This document shows, one piece after another, positions 10,598 through 19,609 of a stretch of DNA of 64,000 bases. Positions within the stretch are counted from its first letter, which is position 1. Each line of letters starts with the position of its first letter. The notes under the pieces were generated by a model. It saw only the letters and a list, made by a program, of their open reading frames with translations. It did no database searches and was not told the DNA's origin. The stretch spans positions 866 through 64,865 of the forward strand of contig CAXIAD010000001.1 in the NCBI GenBank assembly GCA_964021645.1. The letters run 5' to 3'. Origin of the DNA: an uncultured Cognatishimia sp. GTDB taxonomy: Bacteria; Pseudomonadota; Alphaproteobacteria; Rhodobacterales; Rhodobacteraceae. Made by a program: the position numbers and the translations under genes.

Positions 10598-11818
10598 ATG
10601 TCCCAGACCATCGGCCTGACTGCCTATCTGGCTGTTGCCCGCAGGGAACCTGCGCGGCGTCAAAGCTTTGACAGTGTTCGGCCCGAAGGCGAGGTGATCT
10701 GGCTACATTGTTCTGATCGCGACCAAATTTGCCGTGTGGCCCAAGTGGGTCTGAGGCTGGTGGCGCAGCGCCATGGCGTCAAGTTGCTGCTCACAACCTC
10801 CAAGGCATCGGGGCCGCCAGAGAGCATTCCACCGGGGGTGATCTGGCAAGAAGCACCGTCGGAAAATCCGTCCGATATCAAGCGTTTTTTACGCCATTGG
10901 AGCCCGGATTTATGTCTATGGCTAGGCCCATGGTTGCGTCCTGCGTTGATCTCAGGTGCCGCGAAACTGCGTATTCCCATGGTTTTGCTAGACGCAGACG
11001 AAGTGGGTTTGGAAAATAAGCGGTGGCGCTGGTTGCCGGAGCCGACACGCGGCTCCTTGCGGTTGTTTTCACATATCCTTGCAAACAGCCAAGTAGCAGA
11101 AAATCGACTATCACGCATGGGATTGGGGGCAACAAAGGTCGTCGCCAGCGGCCCTCTATTGGAAGAAGCGCCAGCATTGCCATGCAGCGACAGCGACCTG
11201 GAGGACTTGACCACCACCCTTGCAGGGCGCCCAAATTGGTTGGCAGCGCATGTGCAGAATAGCGAAATCAGCACGATATTACAGGCGCATAAAGCAGTCA
11301 CACGCATGTCCCACCGCATGTTGCTTATCATTGCCCCTAGTGACCCAGCTCTTGTTGACGAAATAACTTCGCAGTCGAAATTGCTAGGCTGGCGCGTGGG
11401 CAACTGGGACGCAGGCGACATGCCTGAGGAAGCGACCCAAGTGCTGATTGCACCAACAATCGAAGAGCTTGGGCTATGGTATAGGATCGCCCCCGTGACG
11501 GTGATGTGCAGTTCTTTGAACGGCGGGCACAGGGGGCGCAATCCGTTTGAAGCGGCGGCCCTGGGATCGGCCATTTTATACGGGCCCGGCGTGGGGCGAC
11601 ATTTGCAGGCCTATTCCCGGCTTGCGCAGGCAGGATCGGCCCGCATCATCAACGATGTCGACAGTCTGGTCACCGCCTTGGGGCAACTCATGGCACCTGA
11701 TCGCGCGGCTACGATGGCCTTTGCGGGTTGGTCGGTTGTCTCGGAAGGGGCTGAAATTTCGGATCAGATTGTCGATTTGGCTCAGCAGGTTTTGGATAAA
11801 CAGGAGGCCAATGCGTGA
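10598..11818 (+). CDS. waaA: 3-deoxy-D-manno-octulosonic acid (Kdo) transferase
   Basis: About 406 aa. It is immediately upstream of, and overlapping, lpxK (conserved waaA-lpxK pairing). GT30-like C-terminal 'GGHRGRNPFEAAALGSAILYGP'. The start is ambiguous between 10559 and 10598. Confidence 0.8.
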   Translation: MSQTIGLTAYLAVARREPARRQSFDSVRPEGEVIWLHCSDRDQICRVAQVGLRLVAQRHGVKLLLTTSKASGPPESIPPGVIWQEAPSENPSDIKRFLRHWSPDLCLWLGPWLRPALISGAAKLRIPMVLLDADEVGLENKRWRWLPEPTRGSLRLFSHILANSQVAENRLSRMGLGATKVVASGPLLEEAPALPCSDSDLEDLTTTLAGRPNWLAAHVQNSEISTILQAHKAVTRMSHRMLLIIAPSDPALVDEITSQSKLLGWRVGNWDAGDMPEEATQVLIAPTIEELGLWYRIAPVTVMCSSLNGGHRGRNPFEAAALGSAILYGPGVGRHLQAYSRLAQAGSARIINDVDSLVTALGQLMAPDRAATMAFAGWSVVSEGAEISDQIVDLAQQVLDKQEANA

Positions 11819-12813
11819 AACCACAACAATTTTGGTACACAGAGGCCTCACGCCCGGATTGGCGCGCCCGCCTATTGGCCCCATTAGGGTGGATTTATGG
11901 GGCATTGACCGCGAAACGTGTGCAACAGGCACCCACGTTCACGCCCAAAATTCCGGTGGTCTGCGTTGGCAACATCAACGCAGGCGGCACCGGCAAAACG
12001 CCTGCAACCATAGCCTTGGTGCAACACATGCAAAACGGTGGTCTGACGCCACATATCGTATCGCGTGGCTATGGTGGTGTTTTGGCCGGACCGACCCAAG
12101 TTGATGAACAAAAACACCGTGCACATGAAACAGGCGATGAGCCGCTATTGTTGGCCGCTTTTGCGCCTACATGGGTTTCCAAGGACCGAGGCCAAGGCGT
12201 AAAGGCCGCGCAGACCGCTGGGGCAGATATCATTGTGTTGGACGATGGATTTCAAAACCCATCGGTGCCCAAAGACATTTCGATTGTGGTCGTGGATGCA
12301 CGGTTGGGGTTTGGCAACGGGCGCTGCTTGCCTGCGGGGCCCCTGCGTGAACCTGTGCCCCAAGGGCTTCGTCGGGCGACGGTTCTATTGTCTATCGGGC
12401 CAGCAAGCGCGCAACAAAGTTTTGCTGAGACATGGGGCACGTCCGTAGCGATACCCCACACCACAGCAGAGCTGATCCCGCTGCAAACTGGCATGGATTG
12501 GGAAGGGACACGGTGTCTTGCATTTGCGGGTATCGGACATCCAGAGAAATTCTTTCGGACGCTGAAAACCCTAAAGGCAGAGGTCGTGGAAACCCATGCG
12601 CTGGATGATCATCAAACATTGACCCCGGCCTTGCTAACCCGGTTGGAAAAGCGCGCAAATCAATTGAATCTGCAATTGGTAACCACGGAAAAAGATGCTG
12701 TGCGCCTACCTACAGAGTACCGTCACAAGGTTCTGACAGTTCCGGTGCGTCTGGAAATATCGGATTGGAGCCAGATAGATGCCGCCTTGGATAAGGCGCT
12801 TTGCACAGAGTGA
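11815..12813 (+). CDS. lpxK: Tetraacyldisaccharide 4'-kinase
   Basis: 332 aa. P-loop 'VGNINAGGTGKTP', then 'VSRGYGG' and 'GDEPLLLA', all LpxK hallmarks. GTG start overlapping the waaA stop (GTGA). Confidence 0.9.
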   Translation: MKPQQFWYTEASRPDWRARLLAPLGWIYGALTAKRVQQAPTFTPKIPVVCVGNINAGGTGKTPATIALVQHMQNGGLTPHIVSRGYGGVLAGPTQVDEQKHRAHETGDEPLLLAAFAPTWVSKDRGQGVKAAQTAGADIIVLDDGFQNPSVPKDISIVVVDARLGFGNGRCLPAGPLREPVPQGLRRATVLLSIGPASAQQSFAETWGTSVAIPHTTAELIPLQTGMDWEGTRCLAFAGIGHPEKFFRTLKTLKAEVVETHALDDHQTLTPALLTRLEKRANQLNLQLVTTEKDAVRLPTEYRHKVLTVPVRLEISDWSQIDAALDKALCTE

Positions 12814-12856
12814 CCTGAAACAAAGCGCCTTGTTTGGTGCTGTGTTAACGAAGTAA

Positions 12857-13546
12857 TTACAGCAATGCGTCCAGGATTTTTTTCAGCTCATCGTATTTCA
12901 CGTTGGGCTGTTTTTTACCGTTGATCACAAAGGACGGCGTTGCAGTGATATCGTCCGCCTCGGCGTTTGCCTGATACCATGCGATCAATGCTGTGGCCTG
13001 ATCCTGATCTTGCATACAGGATTTCAATGTTTCCTCACCCAAGCCAGCCAGACGGCCGATCTTTTGAATTTCGGCGGCAATGGCGGTTGGATCGCTGCCA
13101 CGTGCCCATGTTGATTGCCCCTTAAAGAACAGGTCAGTTATGCCAAAGAAACGCTCTTTGCCACCGCAACGCGCAACCATGGAGGCCGCAAGACCAAAGC
13201 GATCAAAGTATACTTCGCGAAAGACAAAGCGCACCTTACCCGTGTCGATATAATCGGTTTTGAGCTGCTTAAACGTGTTCAAATGGAACGACGCGCAATG
13301 CGGGCAGGTAAAGGACGCGTATTCGATCATCGTGATCGGCGCATCAGCAGAGCCCAGCACCATATCAGCAATAGCACCATCATCGGCCATTTCAGTGGCC
13401 TCGGTCGCCTCACTGGAGGCTTGATCTTCGGTTGCGATCACAGTCTCTTCAGGCTCAGTTGTGGCGACCTGATTATTGGATAGCCAATAAGCGCCGCCAC
13501 CGACGGCCAAAAGCGCCACAAGAACAATTGGAACAATGCGGTTCAT
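12857..13546 (-). CDS. DsbA family thiol:disulfide oxidoreductase (secreted)
   Basis: About 229 aa from MNRIVPIVLVALLAVGG (signal/anchor). Thioredoxin-fold active site FTCPHC. The track start 13585 is probably too early. Confidence 0.8.
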   Translation of the reverse strand: MNRIVPIVLVALLAVGGGAYWLSNNQVATTEPEETVIATEDQASSEATEATEMADDGAIADMVLGSADAPITMIEYASFTCPHCASFHLNTFKQLKTDYIDTGKVRFVFREVYFDRFGLAASMVARCGGKERFFGITDLFFKGQSTWARGSDPTAIAAEIQKIGRLAGLGEETLKSCMQDQDQATALIAWYQANAEADDITATPSFVINGKKQPNVKYDELKKILDALL

Positions 13547-13559
13547 TACGAAACCTCTC

Positions 13560-14072
13560 TTAGTGTTTTGAATGTGAAAGGACATTTTGCGCCAACCGTT
13601 CTAATGCTTGGCGCAGGCCCTCATCTTTGACTGGGGCTGCAACCAATGCTGCGGCCTGTGTTACTTCGGCGGTGACGACCTTTTCTGCCGTCTTTGGTTT
13701 GTGAGTGAACAGCGCCTGCCCTTCGGCAAAACCGGTCGGCGCAGTTTGGGTAATTCGTAAACGCGCAATCGCATTGTAGCCATAGGCTGCATTGACGCGC
13801 TCGCGCAGCTTTTCCTTTTGCATTTCCAGCATGGGAGCCTGCGCGCCAGTTGTTAGGACAGTTAGCGTCGCTCCAAAACCTTGGCGCCCGTATTTTACAT
13901 CAACCGGTTTGCAGATTTCAGCGGTGTCATTCCCGACGATCTCCGCCCAATGGGTCAGCACTTTGGTCACGGCAAAGCCGCGCGTCTCGCCTGCTTTGCG
14001 GATCGGTTCGCGTAGCAGAGCAGAGGTTTTCTGAAATCCTTTAGAGTAGCTTCGCCGTTTCAACCCTTGCAT
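13560..14072 (-). CDS. DUF721 / DciA-like protein
   Basis: About 170 aa from MQGLKRRSYSKGF. The core '...LTHWAEIVGNDTAEICKPVDVKY...GATLTVLTTGAQAPMLEMQKEKLRERVN' fits DUF721. It is divergent from mutY, as commonly seen in alphaproteobacteria. The start is uncertain (the track ORF extends to 14219, overlapping the mutY start). Confidence 0.65.
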   Translation of the reverse strand: MQGLKRRSYSKGFQKTSALLREPIRKAGETRGFAVTKVLTHWAEIVGNDTAEICKPVDVKYGRQGFGATLTVLTTGAQAPMLEMQKEKLRERVNAAYGYNAIARLRITQTAPTGFAEGQALFTHKPKTAEKVVTAEVTQAAALVAAPVKDEGLRQALERLAQNVLSHSKH

Positions 14073-14145
14073 CCTTGTCCTGCGCGCTATTTTAGTGCCA
14101 TCGCGACGCTGTGCCAGCGAAACCGACCATACCGGGGTGTAAAAC

Positions 14146-15195
14146 TTGCGTGAAGAGCCAAAATCTGCCGATTTGCTGGACTGGTATGACCGCAATGCGC
14201 GCAATATGCCGTGGCGCACCGGACCTGAAGTGCGTGCAACTGGCGTGCTGCCCGACCCTTATCGAATCTGGATGTCGGAGATCATGCTCCAGCAAACAAC
14301 GGTGGTTACGGTAAAGTCGTATTTCACAAACTTTACAACACGTTGGCCCACAGTTTCAGATCTTGCAGCGGCGGATGATGCTGATGTGATGGCTGAGTGG
14401 GCAGGTCTTGGATATTATGCACGCGCGCGCAATTTGCTGAAATGCGCTCGGGTTATATGCGACGAATATGGCGGCGTGTTTCCTGACACCGAAGCAGAGT
14501 TGCTAAAATTGCCCGGAGTGGGGCCGTATACGGCGGCGGCTGTGGCCTCCATCGCATTTGATCGGCCTGCAACGGTGGTTGATGGTAATGTGGAGCGGGT
14601 GATGGCGCGCCTTTTTGACATTCATACACCGCTACCGATGGCCAAACCAGAGTTGACCGAGCAGGCCGCGACCCTAACACCACAGCAGCGACCAGGTGAT
14701 TACGCACAGGCCGTTATGGACCTGGGCGCAACAATTTGCACGCCGCGCAATCCTGCCTGCGGCATATGCCCGTGGCGGTCGCCTTGCATTGCGCGCACCG
14801 CCGGAACTGCCACTGAGTTACCCAAGAAAACCCCTAAAAAACAAAAGCCTACACGCTATGGCATCGCCTATGTCGGGCGCCGTGTGGATGGTGCATTATT
14901 GCTGGAAACCCGCCCGGATAAAGGGTTGTTGGGGGGCATGCTCGGCTGGCCCGGCTCTGAATGGACCGAGGGCGATGTGCCGGAACATGCGGCCCCGATC
15001 AAGGCCGAGTGGAAGACCCTAAACACCGAAGCGCGGCACACGTTTACCCATTTTCATCTACGGCTAACGGTAAAAACAGCCTTGGTGCCGATGGATCGAA
15101 AACCAGCCGTGGGTGAATTTGTTGAGGCATCGGATTTTCAACGCACTAACCTGCCCACGGTCATGCGCAAGGTGTTTGATCTTTTGCAAAGCTAA
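14146..15195 (+). CDS. mutY: A/G-specific adenine DNA glycosylase
   Basis: 349 aa, TTG start. 'LLDWYDRNARNMPWR', HhH-GPD 'LPGVGPYTAAAV', the [4Fe-4S] Cys cluster 'CTPRNPACGICPWRSPC', and a C-terminal NUDIX-like domain. Confidence 0.9.
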   Translation: MREEPKSADLLDWYDRNARNMPWRTGPEVRATGVLPDPYRIWMSEIMLQQTTVVTVKSYFTNFTTRWPTVSDLAAADDADVMAEWAGLGYYARARNLLKCARVICDEYGGVFPDTEAELLKLPGVGPYTAAAVASIAFDRPATVVDGNVERVMARLFDIHTPLPMAKPELTEQAATLTPQQRPGDYAQAVMDLGATICTPRNPACGICPWRSPCIARTAGTATELPKKTPKKQKPTRYGIAYVGRRVDGALLLETRPDKGLLGGMLGWPGSEWTEGDVPEHAAPIKAEWKTLNTEARHTFTHFHLRLTVKTALVPMDRKPAVGEFVEASDFQRTNLPTVMRKVFDLLQS

Positions 15196-15268
15196 CAAGC
15201 CGCATTGCGATCCTGCGTGACCCGCCGCATTATGCGGGCAACGCCGTAAGTTCCACACAGGTGATCGA

Positions 15269-16402
15269 ATGCCTCAATCCCGACAAATACCGAATATTAA
15301 CAATGCCTTGCCCTATTGGATATCACTGATTCTGATACCTATTATCTGGTTCAGTGCGTTTCGGGGCGGCTGGTGGCTGGTCAGTATTCCGGTCGCAACA
15401 TGGTATCTGTTTACCGCACTGGATGCGGTTACAGGACTGAACCTTAAGAACGCGAACACGGATACGGATGAGGCGGATCTGTTCTGGCATCGACTGATCA
15501 CGCTGGTTTGGCCGCCGCTGCAATTCATTACTGTGTTTGGTCTAATTTGGTTTGTTGGGGCGACTAACCATTTGTCATCATTCGAGAAAATCGTGCTGTT
15601 TTTTGGTGTTGGGATCATGACGGGCACCATTGGTATCAATTACAGTCATGAACTGATGCACCAAAAGGACAAATACGAACGTGGGTTGGGTGATGTGATG
15701 CTGGCGATGGTGCTGTATTCGCATTTTCGCAGTGAGCATTTGCTGGTGCATCACCGCTATGTCGGTACGCCGCGCGACCCGGTTTCGGCCCGCTATAACG
15801 AGGGGTTCCACAGGTTTTTCATCCGCGTTTTGGTCGCCTCTGCACGGTCATCTTTTCAGGCCGAAGCAGCAATGCTCGCGCGTAAAAACCTGCCATGGCA
15901 TGACCTATCAAACCCGTTCTTTCGGTACTGGGCACTCCAAGGAGCAATGTTAATATTGGCCTTGATCCTAGGAGGATGGGGCGGATTTTTCCTTTTTGTT
16001 TGGCAGGCTTATATTGCTATCTGGCAATTGGAATTGGTTAATTATGTCGAGCATTACGGCCTGACTCGGAAGCATCTTGGCGAGGGAAAATATGAGCATG
16101 TGATGCCCCACCACAGCTGGAACGCTGCACATATGGCAACCAATTTTCTGCTGATAAATCTGCAACGTCACAGCGATCATCACTATAAGCCGGATCGGCG
16201 TTTTCCCTTGCTGCAAACCTATGATGACAGCACGGCTCCTCAACTGCCCTTTGGCTACCCACTTATGACGATGGCGGCGATGGTGCCGCCGGTTTGGCGG
16301 CGGATTATGAATCCACGGGTGCGGAAATGGCGGGGAATGTATTATCCCGAGATTACCGATTGGGGTCCGTATAATAGGGCCGAAAACCCGATGCCGCGTT
16401 AG
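15269..16402 (+). CDS. alkB: Alkane 1-monooxygenase (membrane di-iron AlkB family)
   Basis: 377 aa, multi-TM. Histidine boxes HELMHQ, EHLLVHHRYVGTPRDP, NYVEHYGL and LQRHSDHH, as in AlkB. Confidence 0.85.
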   Translation: MPQSRQIPNINNALPYWISLILIPIIWFSAFRGGWWLVSIPVATWYLFTALDAVTGLNLKNANTDTDEADLFWHRLITLVWPPLQFITVFGLIWFVGATNHLSSFEKIVLFFGVGIMTGTIGINYSHELMHQKDKYERGLGDVMLAMVLYSHFRSEHLLVHHRYVGTPRDPVSARYNEGFHRFFIRVLVASARSSFQAEAAMLARKNLPWHDLSNPFFRYWALQGAMLILALILGGWGGFFLFVWQAYIAIWQLELVNYVEHYGLTRKHLGEGKYEHVMPHHSWNAAHMATNFLLINLQRHSDHHYKPDRRFPLLQTYDDSTAPQLPFGYPLMTMAAMVPPVWRRIMNPRVRKWRGMYYPEITDWGPYNRAENPMPR

Positions 16403-16417
16403 CGGGTGGGGCTAAAA

Positions 16418-16462
16418 GTTTTGTACAAAACGTACAAAACAGGGGTCGGTTTTGTACAAAAC
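16418..16462. repeat. Two copies of the perfect 14-bp palindrome GTTTTGTACAAAAC plus an abutting half-copy
   Basis: GTTTTGTACAAAAC at 16418-16431 and 16449-16462 (31 bp start-to-start). An extra GTACAAAAC at 16432-16440. They lie in the convergent alkB/ccrM intergenic region. Confidence 0.8.
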
Positions 16463-16481
16463 TCTGAGCGGTTTTGAGACG

Positions 16482-16507
16482 AAAAAATGCCCCGCAAGAT
16501 GCGGGGC
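16482..16507 (-). terminator. Rho-independent terminator (minus strand) downstream of ccrM
   Basis: GCCCCGC-aagat-GCGGGGC hairpin. On the minus strand it is followed by TTTTTT (A-run 16482-16487 on plus). A second hairpin, CGCTCCAGA-tcgat-TCTGGAGCG (16564-16586), lies between it and the ccrM stop. Confidence 0.65.
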
Positions 16508-16614
16508 AAGGTGTGGTGCCGAGTCGCTTGCGACGTCAGGCACCTGCGGTATTGCTTTGGAGGCGCTCCAGATCGATTCTGGAGCGCTTCGCTATTGAGG
16601 GGGTGAAGTTGGGC

Positions 16615-17772
<1,158 letters not shown>

Positions 17773-17785
17773 TTAAGACAAAGAT

Positions 17786-17824
17786 GAGTCATTCCTGATT
17801 CCTCGTCAATTTCTTTTTTGAATC
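17786..17824. promoter_or_regulatory. Cluster of three GANTC (CcrM) sites in the ccrM leader/promoter region
   Basis: GAGTC 17786-17790, GATTC 17797-17801 and GAATC 17820-17824. All lie within about 95 bp upstream of the ccrM start on the minus strand. Confidence 0.4.
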
Positions 17825-17837
17825 ATACCCTTACTCT

Positions 17838-18455
17838 TTACTCTTGATACAAGATGTTGTGCACCGGCTTGAACGAACGTCTATGGTGTGGGGTCACGCC
17901 AAGGTGAACCAGGGCCTCGCGGTGCATTTTTGACGGATATCCGGCATTTGTGTCCCACCCATAACCCGGAAACTGTTGCGCTAAATCCCACATCAGGCGG
18001 TCTCGACACACTTTTGCCACAATTGAAGCCGCTGAAATCGAAAGACTTTTGGCGTCTCCCTTGATTAATGCCTCGCTGGATTGTGTCAGGCCGCGGGGAA
18101 TCATATTGCCATCAATCAACAGATGATCCGGTGGGAGCGGTAATCCGGCCACTGCGCGCTCCATTGCGAGGTGGCTGGCGCGCAAGATGTTGTGCTCGTC
18201 GATCTCTTCTACGGTGGCATGCGCAATGGATACCGTGCAGGTCGCGAAAATCAGATCGTTCAAGACATCACGTCGTTTGGCGCTAAGTTTTTTGGAATCG
18301 TTCAGGCCATCAGGAATATTGCGAGGGTCAAGAACAACGGCGGCAGCAGTGACGGGGCCGGCAAGCGGGCCACGCCCCACCTCATCCACACCCGCGATGC
18401 GTAACGCACCAGCCTCACGCGCGCGGGTTTCGAAATATAGGTCAGGTTGGGTCAT
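17838..18455 (-). CDS. rnhB: Ribonuclease HII
   Basis: 205 aa. 'IAGVDEVGRGPLAGPV' (DEVGRG catalytic motif) and 'DSKKLS', the RNase HII hallmarks. Confidence 0.9.
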   Translation of the reverse strand: MTQPDLYFETRAREAGALRIAGVDEVGRGPLAGPVTAAAVVLDPRNIPDGLNDSKKLSAKRRDVLNDLIFATCTVSIAHATVEEIDEHNILRASHLAMERAVAGLPLPPDHLLIDGNMIPRGLTQSSEALIKGDAKSLSISAASIVAKVCRDRLMWDLAQQFPGYGWDTNAGYPSKMHREALVHLGVTPHHRRSFKPVHNILYQE

Positions 18456-18493
18456 AGGCTACCCAAACCGTACCTTTTTGATCTGTGCAATAG

Positions 18494-18541
18494 AAAAACC
18501 CGGCGAAGGCCCTTGTCAAAACAGGGACACCTTCGCCGGGG
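18494..18541 (-). terminator. Rho-independent terminator (minus strand) after the 18647-19135 gene
   Basis: CCCGGCGAAGG ... CCTTCGCCGGG 11-bp stem (18499-18540). On the minus strand it is followed by a T-run (TTTTT, complement of 18494-18498). Confidence 0.6.
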
Positions 18542-18646
18542 AACGCTTCTGGTTAGTCTGTTGCTAAGTTATCCAGAAACATGTGGCAGGGAGAAAACCG
18601 ATTGGGGATGCGGTGCCTTCCTGCGCACAATTCAGGTTGGGGCAGT

Positions 18647-19135
18647 TTAGAAACGGGCGATGCTGTAACCGCGATCACGCAAACAGCGCATGGCATAGCC
18701 GCGACGCTTGCCGTTTTCGGTTCTGACCCGCGTATGGCATTGCTGTGGCAGGGCGTGGGTAAAGCGGTAGTTCCGCTCCAGGCAGCGTTGCGCCATCATC
18801 CGCACAGTGCCCCGGCGGGTTTCAAAGCGGCGCAGACATTCGCTAGGCAATTTTTTGCGGTTTGCGCGCTGTGGCAAGGGGCGTGGGCGGGTATGTCTGC
18901 GTGGCTGTGCCTCTTGGATGTCACCCTCATATCTATTGCCGCGGCTGACGTGATTATTGTAGCCATGGTTATCGTCGTTGCGCGATTTCTTAATCGCACT
19001 GCCGATAATAAAGAGAGCGGCCATACCGGCAATAACCTTGGCGACGTCATCATCCCCGGCACGGGCGGGGGCGGCAAAGAAGCCGGTCACTGCGATGGAG
19101 GCGGCGAGGACTGTTGAGATGAATTTACGTGACAT
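18647..19135 (-). CDS. Hypothetical secreted/membrane-associated Arg- and Cys-rich protein
   Basis: 162 aa. Signal peptide MSRKFISTVLAASIAVTGFFAAPARA, a hydrophobic stretch VIAGMAALFIIGSAI, then a basic region with an internal repeat (..AQRCLERNYRF.. / ..AMRCLRDRGYSI..). It has its own terminator. I recognised no family. Confidence 0.5.
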   Translation of the reverse strand: MSRKFISTVLAASIAVTGFFAAPARAGDDDVAKVIAGMAALFIIGSAIKKSRNDDNHGYNNHVSRGNRYEGDIQEAQPRRHTRPRPLPQRANRKKLPSECLRRFETRRGTVRMMAQRCLERNYRFTHALPQQCHTRVRTENGKRRGYAMRCLRDRGYSIARF

Positions 19136-19318
19136 GTGTATTTCCCTTCAAAGTGATTCTGTGAATTTGACCGGGGGTGGTGTGTGGCCAAACGTTCTGG
19201 AACCTTGATCCGCGAAATCGACCCAGACAGGCAATATCAGCCCGATGTTATCAGATATCATGCCGGAAATACCGTGTTGTTATTGAATATCAGGCGTGTT
19301 CACCGCAATGTGAGCCTT

Positions 19319-19609
19319 ATGAAAAATCTTGCTATTATATCCTGTATCGCCACGTTGATGGCCTTTGCCCCCCCTGCCATGGCTGCGGAGTGTTATGCTG
19401 ATTACAAAGCAAAACGCGACAATCCGCTAAAGCTGCATTATGGGGTGGCCGAGGTGCGGGGTGCCTGTACCAAATCCGCCGCCAAGTCCGAAATCCGCAC
19501 ACGCGTGAGTCGGGATGGTTGGGTTTTGCTGAATGTTATGTCAGTCTTTGATGCATCGGGACTTGCTGAAAGGAAGCGCAGTGCAGGGCAATTCTTCCTC
19601 CGCTATTGA
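19319..19609 (+). CDS. Small secreted hypothetical protein (96 aa, 2 Cys)
   Basis: Starting at the internal ATG 19319 gives MKNLAIISCIATLMAFAPPAMA-AECYADYK.., a clean signal peptide. It overlaps the next gene by 29 nt. Confidence 0.5.
   Translation: MKNLAIISCIATLMAFAPPAMAAECYADYKAKRDNPLKLHYGVAEVRGACTKSAAKSEIRTRVSRDGWVLLNVMSVFDASGLAERKRSAGQFFLRY

Noticed and set aside
10660-11574. 304-aa ORF antisense to waaA. Similar long antisense or shadow ORFs occur at 27270-28454 (394 aa, antisense to fadH), 62297-63046 (249 aa, antisense to the PCP gene), 26003-26644, 1543-2115, 46822-47379 and 54880-55440.
   Set aside because: Each lies entirely inside a confidently identified gene on the other strand or frame. 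Their translations are Arg/Ser/Pro/Ala-rich and low in complexity, as expected from reading GC-rich coding DNA out of frame. None shows a recognisable motif.
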